This document shows, piece after piece, positions 22,031-36,674 of a stretch of DNA of 64,000 bases; positions within the stretch are counted from its first letter, which is position 1, and every line of letters starts with the position of its first letter. The translations under genes and the position numbers were made by a program. Source of the stretch: the human T2T-CHM13v2.0 reference genome, Homo sapiens; the NCBI RefSeq assembly GCF_009914755.1, contig NC_060932.1; one strand, given 5' to 3'. The notes beneath the pieces were generated by a model. It was given only the letters and a program-made list of their open reading frames with translations. It searched no databases and was not told the origin of the DNA.

Positions 22031-23068
22031 ACATGCACCTTACATTTGTATACAATATTATATTTAAAAAATACTTTATATGCATAATGTAATTTGATCT
22101 TATAAGTAAAATAGGAAATGTTACATTTCAGCAATTCCTACTACTAAGTAGTAAAGTGATATATCCTGAAGTTTGTGTTAATTAATGGCAATTAGTTACC
22201 TAAGTCATGAACATTATCATAAAAGTTGTAAGAATCTTGAGTCCTCACTCTAAAAAGCAAAGGATACCAAACCACCCATGCAAGTCTGACATTTCACAAC
22301 AACTGATTTATTCTTTATTATCAGACATTATACTCTGGGTATGGCCACCCTAAAAAATAAAGTACTTCTAAGAAGAAGCTCAAACTCCATCATTTTAATG
22401 AATCAATTCACTTTGTTTCCTACATAAAATAATACAATTAAACAATCTGAGTGCATTGAAGATTTGACTCAGTTCCCAACTCCATGAATACAGAATGCAG
22501 AAATAGGATAAACACTTTTTTTCCTCAGGAACCAAACTTATTGAAGCCTACTAGATGGTAGGCTTCTTGAACTTATTGAAGGCTTATTGAAACTTATCGA
22601 AGGCTACTACATAGCAGCCTATGATCCACTACAGTATCTTCTTTCCCATTAAGTTTTCCTTATGAAAAAAAGGCTTGGTACTTGAGAGGATACAGTCAGA
22701 TCTCTCATGCTGACTCTTCAGCAAAGACTCCTGGCCCTTGTGTTTTCCACTGTCAGTCTTAACACTCCACTCACATAAATCACTTAATAGGAGTGACTCC
22801 ATGGTGAAGCTACAGTAACTATCTCCCCATAGGAAGCAGCTCACATAAGTTCCTTTTCATGGACTTTATATATAAAATAGTCTAAATTCATGCTTCAATA
22901 TAATGGGAGTATTTAATTTTCTGATGTACTTTGTAAATATGTTGCATATTCCTTAAGTAGTAGTGGTTCCAAAGATTGAATTATATTTTATCCAGATTTA
23001 TTTATCATAGTGCTGATTGTAGATGGAATATATTTGATGAAATCAGTGAAAAACTAAATGCAGATCAG

Positions 23069-23157
23069 CACACACACACACACATACACACACCCACATC
23101 CACCCATACCCTCCCCCACACACACGTACACCCCACCACCACACACACACACACACG
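23069..23157 (+). repeat. Imperfect (CA)n microsatellite
   Basis: Visible CA/CCA runs. Confidence 0.85.
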
Positions 23158-23351
23158 ACAAAAGTAAGCAAAACACATCAGAATCCAGTATTCCTAGGCT
23201 TGTACTTTAGAATACTAAATATTTATATTTACTAATATATATGTATGTGTATGTATTCATAATTAGCTAAATTTAGAAAACTCTCCTTTCCTGGACAAGC
23301 TACAAATTTATCATTAAAATCAGCAGCAGATGTTAAAATAACTATACTTAC

Positions 23352-23464
23352 AAAGCCATCCATTGCCCAATTTTCTTCCTTCATTTTCTTCACAGAAGCA
23401 TGAGCAGGTACTTTAATAAGATATATGCGTAACATTAGGCGAGCTTCCTGGCTTTTATATACCC
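23352..23464 (-). CDS. CSMD3: CSMD3 coding exon (probably exon 68)
   Basis: 113 nt, phase 1/0, ttacag|GG...TTT|gtaagt. GVYKSQEARLMLRIYLIKVPAHASVKKMKEENWAMDGF. Confidence 0.95.
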
Positions 23465-24070
23465 CTGTAAAATGCAAGGACATTTTAGTCTACTTAACTT
23501 TGTAAATAGTTATACTTCATTTTATTATCTATCATTCCTTAAATAGATTATGTAAGATATGTAATTAAAAAAAGAAATAAAACAAGGGCAAGTCAAGGAT
23601 GGCTTAACCTATAATGCTCTTTGCAAATCCTGTAATATACATTGATTTATCTGTCTTCTGAAATCCTCAACTTATTTCTTAGTTGTGGGGTTTAAATTAC
23701 CTATGCTATCACAATTAAGCACTAGTGTTCTTAATAACATCATTCCATGATATTGAAAACAAAATGATTTCTTCCCACAATCAGATTCTAAAATTTTCAA
23801 GCATACAAATCCAGTGTTAAAATTCCTGATATTTTCCTTAATAACAAATTAGTTGCCAACTCAGTGAAAAACAGTATTCTAGGTGCTGCTTGAGCCACAA
23901 AGATGAATATATATTGTTCCTGTTTTTAATAATTTCCAACAAAGTAGGAGGTATAAGTAAGGTACACAGCTAAATCAAACACATGAGAGAATGTGATAAA
24001 TTAAAAGCCAGAGAGAGATCATTTCACACTAGAATGATCAAGGAATAGTTATCAAGGAAAAGCACTGGAG

Positions 24071-24463
<393 letters not shown>

Positions 24464-26176
24464 TTAGTTTGGGAAGGTAAATACAAGCAATGACATAAGG
24501 AAGAGAAGCAAAAATATATACAATGATTTTTACATGGTAAGTGTTCTAAGGGTAGCTGTAAGCTGGAGGGAAAAAATTGTTTAGGGAAATAACAGAAAAT
24601 AGGATCTAAGAAAAAATCTGATTAACTGTTGTTTAAAACTTGACTGTATTCATTCATTCTAACTTAATTGTTCACCTATGTAATAGGGCACCATAATATG
24701 CAGGAAATGAAAAGATAATGAGACATAGGTGCTAAGGTAAATTATAATCAATAGGAGGAAGATATAAAAGTAATCGATAATATTGCTGAAAAATTGCTAC
24801 AATTGGTTTATATGGAGACAGTAAGTGAAAGCGAATTAATCTAATTCTTTGTCTTTCCATATATATAGAAAACTCTTGAGTTTATCTAGATTAGAATAAG
24901 TATACATTTATTTTGGGCTCTTTTATAGAAAATAAAGAAAAACTTTGTTAACACATCAAAGTTAAATAAAGCATTAGTCACAATTTAAATGTATTTGTCT
25001 CATTCATTTAAAGTTTCTTTCGATTAATATAAGGTAATTATATGTATTTTTAAAATTATACTACATATTAACTTCTAATATTTTTACTTTGTGTTTAACG
25101 GAGGATCATTCAATAATAAGAATGACACTCAAAATTCATTCTAAAATTTATAAAATCAATGAATATAATTTTATTTTCAATTTTTTACAGCACAAATTAT
25201 TTCATTATTAATATTTATATGGGTTATATCTATACAGACAAGAATTTTACAGTTTATATTTCATATTTGCAATATCAAATATCATAGTGTCTCATTTTAA
25301 AAAATGAGAGCAATTATAATTCAAATGCATTAATTTGAAAATATTTATTGAGGCCTATTTTGTTTCAGATGTTCTGCTAGCCTCTGGGAATACAATATTA
25401 AGTTGGAAGGCAAAGAGCTTTCTTAGAATTTATTTTATATTGTTAGAATATAGACACATAATGAATAATAAATATAACAAATATAATTTCAAATATTGTA
25501 AAGAAAAAAACAGGGTAAGGCTGCCTAAAACTAAGAATATGTCTGACAGCATTTGTAATACAAAGTTTCCTTTAGGTCAGGTCATTGGGAGTATTGCTTG
25601 AGGAGGTGACTTGTGAGAGAATATCTGAGTGTTAGGAAAACCAGTGCAATCAAAGATAATGAGAGATGTGTGTACTGGACACAGAAAACAGAAACTTAAG
25701 AAGATTGACCAGGTTTTGGTTCCCTTATGCCTATTTAAACAAGTGTAGCTCTATCTTTATTTGTCTTAAATATTGGATGTCCATCTATAAACATGGTCAT
25801 TTGAAGAAATAGCTTTGTGGCCACAGAATAGTTGAGAAATCAATGATTTGGTCTCCGTGGTTTTATGAGAATAGAGAAAGATTTAGTTGTATTCATACCT
25901 AAATTAAATGTTATGATCTAATATATGACATCTAATTCTAGCTACCAAAAATTATTTAAATAACTTATTTTAAAACTAGTTTTATATTTCTGTAGTAATA
26001 TTCATTCATCAATCCAAAAACCAGAAAACCTTGGTTCTGAGTGAATATGAATGTCATCAAAAGCAAATGTATCAAAATAAACATTTCACCATATAAAAAG
26101 CATTACTAAAAATGATGAAATCATAATAGAAATAAAGTCATGAAGGTATATTTCGCTGCTGTTTTTATTGCGATAC

Positions 26177-26335
26177 CTGAAAGTAGCAGCTCCATGTTGC
26201 TATTGCTCAGTGTTGCGTTAACTCTCCCAGTGGAAGCATTGAAACTAGTAACTGTTAAGGTCATGGGTTGTTTCCTTCCTTTGAAATTGTAAGAGCCTTT
26301 CCATATATAATTTTGGGCAAATACATCATCAGGAA
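26177..26335 (-). CDS. CSMD3: CSMD3 coding exon (probably exon 67), juxtamembrane ectodomain
   Basis: 159 nt, phase 1/1, cacag|TT...TCAG|gtatcg. VPDDVFAQNYIWKGSYNFKGRKQPMTLTVTSFNASTGRVNATLSNSNMELLLS. Confidence 0.95.
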
Positions 26336-27876
26336 CTGTGAATAGATTAAATATACCACACATTAATTTTACAATGCCATATAAATATAAGCATTAAATA
26401 GAGTATTAGTTTATTGAATAATGATGTATTGCTAATACACAATAATGTTGAATGTGTGTTACAAAATTAATTCTTCATATAAAAATGTTTCCATTTTTTA
26501 GAATAAATCCACATTGTAATAATCTAGATTTGTTCATATGTTATCGAGAAGAGAGAAATAGAAAACACCAGTTAAAGATATTAGGTTTATTTTTAGAACC
26601 CAGGTAAATATAAACTTCACTTATCTTTGGTCTTTTATGCAATATATTTCTTTCTGAAGGAAAATAAAATGATTTCACAGCACCATGGCAGTAAAACTAT
26701 ACCCAAGTCCCAAGAGGCCTGCTTTTTTTCCAGCAGTGGGAATAGATTTTTAAGAGGAATAGCAAAGAGAAAGGTCCTGCAAAATTATCATGAGACAGTG
26801 CTTCTGTGTTCCCCCTTACAGAATACTGAGTTTAGTTCTTCTAATAACAGGTGCTCCTGAAGAAGAACAGGGCTGCACCATATTGATAGCTTTGAGGTAT
26901 ACAGGTATTTTTAGAAATTGTCACTAGTATTGTTGGACTCTCAAGGATGAGAGATGAATTGTGGTAGAATCAAAGAACATTCTAAAGCTTATAAAATTTT
27001 CATCTAAAGAAAAAACACTATTTTAGATACTAGCCAAAAAGACTTATTGTATTTATATAAATTATTTATGTAATTTAAAGTTATATAAATTGGTTATGTC
27101 AAAGTCTACACAGCTCCTGGGCAGCAGCTGAGAGAAGCTGAGGTATAGGATTAATCCTATACCTCACAGCACAGCACATCCCTAGAAATCAGCTATTCAA
27201 GGTACCCAACCCTCTTTGGATGAATGACTGAATGAAGTGGATTTAGGAAAAAGTCCTTTTTTTTAATTTGTCTAACAAGTTATTGATGATTTTTCATCTG
27301 ATATATGCATGTATCACACTTCTTACCAGTCAGATCACAGGGATTGCCATGACAAGCTGTGTATTCCCTGAATTCTATTAAACCAAGAAAGCAAAACCAC
27401 TGTGGCAGATCAGCATAAAAATACCCTAAGAGTTGAGTTTTTACTGAATATTTCAGTAACAACTAAAATTTCTATTTCCATGATAATTTATAAGCAATAT
27501 AGCTCCTTACTTTGATACCACTGCCAACTTCCATTCTTATCACTTTGGAGTAATGTAATCACTGTGTCTCATTCATGATTTTAAATGAAATACTGCTGAA
27601 TGTTTTCTCATATAACATGCTATTTGCCATATAATTTTTATAAATAATTTTACTAAAATTTAGAGTTTGTTAAGAATTTTTAAAAATTATAAATTTTTAA
27701 ATTTATAATTTAAAAATTATAAGTGTTGAATTTGATCAAATACTTTCTTTGCAAATATTGCAATTATCATAATTTTTTGCACTTTAATCTCTTAATGTGA
27801 TACATTACTTTTAAGGATTATTTAAAACTAAAACATCCCTGCATAGCTATGAAGAATCCAGATTGGTTCTGATGGG

Positions 27877-28307
27877 TGTTAAAGCAAACTAAATATGGCC
27901 TGAGAAGGACTCCATAGTTCTATATTTGAGTCCTTGTAATGAACTTCAATCTAACTTAATAGGTAGACAAGATTGAAAACCTAATTCAGGAGTATGCACC
28001 TGTAACAATAGCTGAGCCTTGGCCAATCCCAGCAGCTGTACTTCTACTACTCGTACACTGCTGAGTGTTCAAAATGTGTTCAAATAAGGCAAACACAGAA
28101 CTGTAACCAATCTAGTTGTTTCTGTCTCTCCCTTCTGATTTCTGTACGTCACTTCCCTTTCTTTGTGTATAAATTTGTTCTGACCATGAGGCATCCCTGG
28201 AGTCTCTCTGAATCTGCTGTGATTCTGGGGTCTGCTTGATTCACAAATTGTTCATTGTTCAATTAAACTCCTTTAAATTTAATTCAGCTAAACTTTTCCT
28301 TTTCGCA
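27877..28307 (+). mobile_element. ERV1 solo LTR (MER57-like) nested in an old antisense L1M
   Basis: TGTTAAAG..aactaaatatggcctgagaaggactcc start, CA end, 4-bp TSD tggg at 27873-27876 and 28308-28311. Confidence 0.85.
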
Positions 28308-29681
28308 TGGGTTATCTTTACTACAATGTTGAATTTGATTTGCTAAGATTTTATGTAAGATTTTCTCATTTATAATCCTGAGTCAAATGGGCCTGAAATT
28401 TTTCTCCCTTTATAATATCTTTATCCGAGTTATTAGAGCTATGTTGAGCCTAGAGAATGAATTTTATTGTCCAGAAGAGTTTTTATAAAACTTGAAAGAT
28501 CCATTCTGTTCCTTTAAAATGTGGTGGAACTTACCAGTAGGGCCACATAGACCTCATTTTCTTTGTGGAAATAATTTTAACCAGTTCTTTATTTGCTATA
28601 AAATTATTCACATTTTCTTTTATTAGTTCTAGTAAGATGTAGTGTTCTAGTAATTTGTCTGCTCTGTGTAAATGTTTTTAAATGTTGATAATTATTGATA
28701 GTTTTCCCTTAACATATTTTGAATTTCATTAATCTACTCTCTATGTAGTTATGCTCACATTTTCTTTGTTATCTTATTTTTACCAGAAATTTTTCTACTT
28801 TGTTTCTGAAAAGAACGACATTTGGTTCTGTTGAGATTCTTCTACTGTTTTGGGCGGTTGCCTGTTTTTATTATTACATTGATTTCTGCCCTGCTACTCT
28901 GTTACAGTCTTAATATTCTCTTAATAGGGACACAACTAATTAATTCTGAGGCTTTTCTTTTCAATAATGTAAGGATTTAAGGCTACAAATTTCCCTCTTA
29001 ACTTTCCTTTTCTTATAGCCCTCAAGCTTTGATATTTCAATTTTTCAAAATAACTACATTCTAATATATTTCTGTGTTGATGTCTTCTTTAATTCATGAG
29101 TTATTTATTATTACTAATTTTGCTCTGAATTTCCAAACATACAGGAATGTTTTAAATTACATATTTCCTCATTGAACTTTAATCACATCCTAGTCAGATA
29201 TGAGCTATGAAGACTAACTTTGCGTTTTAAAATTTGTTTAATTTAATTTATTATTTAATATATGAGCAATTTTTTTACAGATTTGATGTGCTGGAGCTAT
29301 TATTCAGAGTTTCCACCTGGTCCCAAATCAAGCATTTCCCTTGGAAAATTTGGGGCATTGATGGACAATTATGGTTTTCTGACTCCATTGCAAACAAACT
29401 CTGCCTTACTTTTATGTATTCTTTGATTGCCTCAATGGCATTCAGCATGTTTTCGACAAGTGTTGAATGTATCAGTATAAGTCACAGAGCTTGGTGGTCC
29501 CTCCACTTTTATAGCATGTACATGGAGCACTTCTAAACCTCACTAAAATTAGATCCTAATGTAGTTCTTGGCCCAATACAACTGAGAGAAATCTGTTTCC
29601 AAGGTGAAGATCAGATATTATGCTCTTATTGGCAGCTTTTAAATAGTATCACATAAACAAAATACTAATACTGAATAAGCA

Positions 29682-30042
29682 TGATATGGTTTGGCTCTGT
29701 GTCCCCACCCAAATCTCAACTTGAATTGTACTCCCATAATTCCCACATGTTGTAGGAGGAATCTGGTGGGAGATAATTGAATCATGGATACTGTTCTCTT
29801 GGTAGTAAATAAGTCTCACAAGATCTGGTGGTTTTATCAGGGGCTTCTGCTTTTGCATCTTCCTCATTATCTCTTTGCCCGCTCGCATCCATGTAAGACA
29901 GGACTTGCTCCTACTTGTCTTCCTCCATGATAGTGAGGCTTCCCCAGCCATGTGGAACTGTAAGTCCACTTAAACCTCTTTCTTTTTAAATTGCCTAGTC
30001 TTGGGTATATCTTTATCAGGAGTGTGAAAACGAACTAATACA
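29682..30042. mobile_element. THE1 (MaLR) solo LTR
   Basis: TGATATGGTTTGGCTCTGTGTCCCCACCCAAATCTC...ACTAATACA with 5-bp TSD aagca at 29677-29681 and 30043-30047. Confidence 0.92.
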
Positions 30043-30706
30043 AAGCAATTCATATATTGAGCCCTTACTATGGGCTACGCACTCTGCACTTCATTTGCAT
30101 GAAGCTTATTATATAATTATTTAATTATTATTTCTTTTGGATAGAAAAAGATATGGAGATTCAGATATATAAAATAATTTTTCCAAGGTCACAAGTCAGA
30201 GAGTATATAAAATGAGATACATCAAGGTTGTAGGGCTTTAAAGTTTATGTTTTTATTGATTGTGCTAGGTTTTCTAATTTGCTTTTTAAATCAAATAACT
30301 GAAAATAAACTAGTCAATTTCTAGAAGTTACCGATCTTTATTCTCATACCAAGTGTATTTGGATCCTTTTAAAAACATATACATTTAAAAATGTTAAATA
30401 AGACCTCATTTTTATTTTAATATTTTAAATGACAGTATTGCCATTATGCTATAGTCATTTACAGATACTCTTCAAGGGAAATTTTAATATTTTTAGCAGA
30501 CGGAACTATGAACAATACTTTTGGAATACTAACATGTCACTGTATTACATTGCTTTAAATTCAACATCTTGTGAATTATCAAATTCAAGACAGTCATAGT
30601 TTTTTATACTTAAATATATTTTTTAAATACACAGTTACTATGCCAAGAAAATAGTAGACCATTTTTAGAAATAATGAACTCTAGAAAAACAAATGACATT
30701 ACTAAC

Positions 30707-30772
30707 CACTTAGCTTTGGGCTGGGTGTTCCCAGTGCAGGTCTAGGATCTTTCACCAATATTTTAGAACCAG
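30707..30772 (-). CDS. CSMD3: CSMD3 coding exon (probably exon 66), Pro-rich linker
   Basis: 66 nt, phase 1/1, ttttcatag|CT...AGTG|gttagt. AGSKILVKDPRPALGTPSPKLS. Joins the flanking exons in frame. Confidence 0.9.
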
Positions 30773-30819
30773 CTATGAAAAGAAATAAAGGTGTTTACAA
30801 AAGTTGATGCAATTAATTA

Positions 30820-30828
30820 CATACACAT

Positions 30829-30861
<33 letters not shown>
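30820..30861 (+). repeat. (CA)n microsatellite about 50 nt from the acceptor of the 66-nt exon
   Basis: Visible run; reads (UG)n in the pre-mRNA. Confidence 0.9.
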
Positions 30862-30863
<2 letters not shown>

Positions 30864-32419
30864 GTGATGCACTGTCCATTTTATTCTCTGACATTTCACA
30901 TAGATAGTTTTCTCTAAAATGTTCCGTTCATCACAACATCTCAGTCCCCTACTCAGCACTCGTTATGCAACTAATGATTTCAATAATTATTCCCATTACA
31001 GTCTATTGGCACAAGGGGCAGATTTGTGTTGCTTTATCATCTTGGGATGTCATTTCTTATTTTAGAGGCATAAGCCAAAGTGGAGACAGTTGCCTCCAAC
31101 ATGGAAGCTGAGAGCTGAGAGTTGTTTTTGTTGACAGAAAGCAAAAACTATTTGGGTAGGGTTTACATTTAAAAATCAAAGTTTGTTGAGATAATTAAAG
31201 ATGTCACCAGAAATTGGATAGACTTAAAGGTGAAATCTTCCAGGTTTTAAACCAAAACCAAAGGTAGTCCAAAACCAAATAAATCATGTAGGATGTAGAA
31301 GTGACTGGAATATTATAGGAGCTATGACATGAATGCCTTGTAAACTATGTATCCTAAGAACAATGTAATGTCTTAAAAGACTGTAAAGGGATGTGATTTC
31401 GGCAAATGTTGCTCTGGCTGCAAAACCAAGAAAACTTTGGAAAGCAGCAAGTACGGATATGGCTAGAGAAGTTGAGAGACACTGCAGTAGTCCCAGTAGA
31501 GATAATACTGAGTTAGAGTATGATAGCAGTGACAATAAACCAAAAAGGGGAACAGACGAAAAAGCTATTGAAATTGTGGTGACTTGGAGGGATAGGAAAA
31601 TATCTAAGGAGATTACTAGATCTCATGTGTAACTATAGGATGGTAATATCACTGAGATAGGGAATACCAAAGGGAAACTATATAGATAAAAGAAATGTAT
31701 GAGTTTAGTTTTGCATGTATTGAGTACTGAAATGCCACTGAAGAATTTCACTAGAGATATCAAGCAAACAATTGAATATGTAAGTGTGAAGCTAAAATAA
31801 GATAAATAAGCCAGAAATATTAGTTTGTAAGTAATCTACATAAGGACAGCTGTTGAAGCCACTGGTTTGAATGACATCACCTAAAAGTGAATACGAGATG
31901 AAAACAAGAGATGGCTAAGTACTGCATCTTTAGAAAATCATAAGTAGAAAACAATCAGTGTATAAAGGAAATGGAGAATGGATACTTAGAATTAGGAGGG
32001 AGTAAAACATTTACTCATTCAACAAATATTTATTGAATGCTTTTCACATGTAAGGTACTGATTTGTGTTAAAATTACAGTTGTAAACACTTTGAGTGAAG
32101 TCTCTCATGAGATTATATTCTAGTTGAAGAGGGGTAGATAGGAGGACAGGAGAGTGGAAGCAGATAATTACAAGCAAACAAACCAAAGAATAAGATCTTC
32201 TCATACTACAGCGATTTCAATCATAAAAAAAAAATAGAAAGAAAAATAGCAGAGGAATGTTCTGATAAAGAAAATGAAAACATTTCAAGTAAAAGAAAGT
32301 AATTGTCATTTATGACAGCTGCATTAGATAAAACATTAGGTCTTACAAATAGGTTTTTTGGATATAAGGAAATGGATTTTGTTGATGACCTTACCAAAAA
32401 CACTAGAAAAAGTTCCTTT

Positions 32420-33330
32420 ACTCCTTCTTCTGGCATTATAACCCTTTTCCAAATGGAAATTGTCCTGACCGAGCAGCAATCGGTGGACACTTCACCCAGA
32501 TCTGGTCCAAATATTAATACCATATCACCCTGGCTGAGTAATGGATTTGGAGATGGGATCCATTCAAAATTGTGGCAAATAGAATCCCAGATAGTGCTTT
32601 CCTGACCAAAACTTTGGGAAGGACTCTTTCTACTAGGGTTACTCTGGCAGAGTAATCTAGGCATTAGGGTAGCAATTCTCCGTACTCTAATGAATAGTGT
32701 ACCCACATAATTTATGTTCACCTGGTACCTCTATGACCTTATTTGGAAAGAAGGTCTTTGCAAATGTAATTAACTAGAGATCTTGGGATAAAACAATCCT
32801 GATTTTAGGCTGAACCCCAAATACAAGGACTGGTATCCTCATAAGAAGAGGAGAGGCCACACAAAGATACACAGAAAAGAAGGCCATATTGAAATGGGGT
32901 AGAAATTGGAGTAAGGCTAGGAGCCAATGAATACCCAGGGTTGTCAGAAGCTATGAGAAGATAGGAAGAGGCAAAGAATGGTTTCTGCTTAGAGCTTACA
33001 GAGGGCACAAGGTCCTGCTGACACCTTAATTTTGGACTTCTGGACTTCAGAATTGTGAAGGAATAAATTCCTATTATGTTAAGCCGCCCAGCCTATGGTA
33101 CTTTGTTATAAAAGCCCTAGAAAAATAATATACCTACCTGAAGAGAGAATTTGAAGATAGAATTAAGGCAAGAAGTAACATTCTCATGGGAAAAAAGCTA
33201 TGAATAGACTCATAAAATTTATATGCCTCTGGATCCAGAAGTGTTTACATTACTCCTAGACTTGGAGTTAGCCAACAAATTTCCCTTGTTCCTATGCTAA
33301 TTTGAGTTGAGTTTTTGTCTGGAGCAAAGG
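32420..33330. mobile_element. Old ERVL-type LTR (LTR16/LTR33-like) split by an MLT1C-like LTR (~32680-33132)
   Basis: MLT1: gaccttatttggaaag...gtcctgctgacaccttaattttggacttctgg...gccctagaaaaataata. Flanks resemble the ERVL LTR motifs ccctggc...gatggg and ctggatccag...aaatttccctt...tttgagttgagttt. Confidence 0.65.
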
Positions 33331-33368
33331 AAAGCAATAGTGCAATCTCTTGTGTTAAAAAGATTCTA

Positions 33369-33605
<237 letters not shown>

Positions 33606-34519
33606 TTAAGAAAAATTTGAGACAGGAGTCACAATATATTTCAGATATACTTCAATGCCTTTATATACATATATCTTAGAATAATTATTCTAATAAATCA
33701 CAAAAATGTTTCAATGCAAATATACTTATTGATTTCATACTTTAGCATTTCCTAATCCACCATTTGTGGAACACTAGTAGATGTTAATAGATGTTAAATA
33801 AATTGAGAAAAAAAAAGACATTGTCAACAACTAAGCTCAGAAATGTATGCTTTACCATTTTAGAGAGTCACACATTCCAGAGAGTCACAAAAACCAGCAT
33901 TTTAAAGGATCTGTGAAGTTCTGTGGTAAGATACCTTTTAATGTTTGTCAAGCTCAGGTTTTCTATATGAGTTTAGAAAATATTATTTTATAAATTTTAA
34001 ATGTATTATATTTATTTTAAATTAAAAATCTATTTTCTATTGTTAAATAAAACCACAGCTAATTATATTGCTCTGGTATTAATACTTCCCAATAAAAGTA
34101 CATTTTAATAATTTTTTTACATATGGAATTTTCAGGCCATATTTGGATCCATATGCTAGAAGTATCATTTTGTTCACCTAACTCTCTCTCCTTTTCTCCA
34201 TGTTTCCTTCCACTCCTAATTCTCTACCTTGATTACACCATATCTTCCCCTTATTTCATCGGTTTTATGTCTTATAAAGACCATTCCTTTCTCCGTCAGA
34301 GATAAATGCTACAAGAAATTTTTCCCCTGAAACAGATAGCATTTTTTAATTATTTGTTCATAGATATACATCCATAAAAGTGATCTCTGAAAAAAGTGTT
34401 CTGTGGATAAATAAAAAAAAACAATATTTTTCATTTGTTTCTTAATGGAGGTCCATAACAGTATAAATAATAGCTAACATTTTTTTACTCCGTGTGCTAA
34501 ACATTGTGTTAAATGGTTT

Positions 34520-34826
34520 TTTGTTTTTGATTTTGTTGTTTTTGAGATAAGAGTTTCACTCCGCTGCCCAGGCTGGAGCACAGTGTCATAATCTCAGTTC
34601 ACTGCAGCCTCCACCTCCGGGGTTCAAGCGATTCTCCTGCCTCAGACTCCTGAGGAGCTGGGACTACAGGCACCTGCCACCACACCCAGCTAATTTTTTA
34701 TATTTTTAATAGAGATGGGTTTCGCCATGGTGACCAGGCTGGTCTCGAACTCCTGACCTCAAGTGATCTGCCCACCTCGGCCTCCCAAAGTGCTAGGATT
34801 ATAGGCGTGAGCCACCGTGCCTGGCC
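34520..34826 (-). mobile_element. AluS
   Basis: Antisense Alu dimer; TSD taaatggttt at 34510-34519 and 34827-34836. Confidence 0.92.
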
Positions 34827-35994
34827 TAAATGGTTTATATTTAATATATTGCAGTTAGTGAAATGTAATCCTCATGCAGTAAGTATTGATAAGGAAAACT
34901 ACAGTCTGTCTCTACTGCCATCTTAAGCCCTATGTTATGGACACATTAGAAACTTTGAGATGCTTCACAGTGACAGACGCTGTTTAACTTTATTTAAACT
35001 ATCATATCCCAACTAGAGGACATCAAAGAACAATGGTTTACTGTGAAATACCTAGTTACAGCCCGCACAGCTGTTTTAAAGTACACATTCTGAGGAATTC
35101 TCCTTTAAGGAATTTTCCATATTTAAATATAAGCCAACAAGGCACATAACATGGCATCTCTGTGGAGTGTTCTCCTGCTTTAAAGTAAGCTGCTGGTCCC
35201 TAGGTGCCCCCACAATCATTTGGATGGTTCTGAACAGGGATAGAGTAAATTCACAGGGCTTGTGTATGCTTCAGCAAATCCTAAAAGCTAGATACCATCC
35301 TAATAAGTGTTTCCACTCCAGCTTACTTTTTTCCATTTTTCACCAAGAAACACAATTGAAAAGATAAGGGAAGAGATTTTTTTAAAAGGCAACTGGAGAG
35401 AAAGAAAAGCCAAATAGCTGACCAGCTAGAATTCATTTCTAATTGTATGTCAGAAAAAGTTATTTAGTGGCCCCAGGCTTTGTTCTTATTTAATCTGTAT
35501 AGCAAGTGCTCTCCACTGAGGATCAGAGAACATATAAAGGAAATTCTAAAATTGTTCTCAAATTTTTGGCCAAGTGCCCATGAATATTTCCTTTCATAGA
35601 TGTTGTTAGTTTCCCCAGATTCTCAGATAATATTTTCACAAGCGATTTTTAAAAATTAGAAGCTGTTAGATTGGTTCCTCGGGTATTTTAGATTACTTCA
35701 GACTGATAGATGCAGATCTATAAACTAAAACCTAATCATTACCTAAAATTACCAGGTGGCAAAACTAAACATAAGGTCTTTACAAAAAGAACAAAATTGT
35801 GCCTTGTGCTTTCTGACTTACTTAGAGAGTGCTTCCCAATGGCCATGGGTTTATGATACAGTAATAAAATTATATGCATATAATATGTTTTATAATCTAA
35901 AAGTCAATTTGATACACATATAGATGTAAATGTATTTGAATACTTGGGAGAAAAAATGCATATAAATTCTTACCCATGATAGCATTATTTCTTA

Positions 35995-36120
<126 letters not shown>

Positions 36121-36674
36121 CTATAGCAAATTAAAGAGAGGAAAAAAATATTCCCCTACAACTTCAAATATGGCAACAAACAGAGCTTGAGTGAGAAAAT
36201 GTTATCAAGTGAAATTCCGTATGGTAAAGTTGGAAGAAAAAAATAATTGAAATCTGATTTAAAATAAAATGGGAAAAATTCAAAACTAAAAAATAAAATC
36301 CTGGCTTTATTTGTTTACATATCATCATCAAATAGTTGGGTCCTTAGTACATACATAGAAACCAAGCTTTTTTGCCATGGGAATTTGAAGAAAATATTTA
36401 AGACACCAAAAAATCCAACAAGCTACATATGAATACAAGATAGAGAGATAGATAGTTAGATAAAGATAAATAAATGAAGCTTGATAAAAATATATATGGA
36501 AATAAATATAGCTAACCACATAAGAAACAAATAAATATTGAAGGTGAAAAATGCAATATGAGATTAGAGACAAAGGTGGTTACTGAAGGTGGTGGTGATA
36601 ACGGAAATATACAATGGAAGATATACTGTTTGTACTAGCTTTTAAGGGTATAGTAATTAGGAGAATATCTAGGA

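Noticed and set aside
27670-27725. AT-only palindromic stretch
   Set aside because: Low complexity; expected by chance in A/T-only sequence.
32221-32721. 166-aa minus-strand ORF and overlapping 100-aa plus-strand ORF; a third frame contains a CAP-domain-like GHFTQIW
   Set aside because: The DNA resembles a decayed ERVL-type LTR abutting an MLT1. The candidate acceptors I tested hit stops in the CSMD3 frame, and the GHFTQIW frame is closed by a nearby stop.
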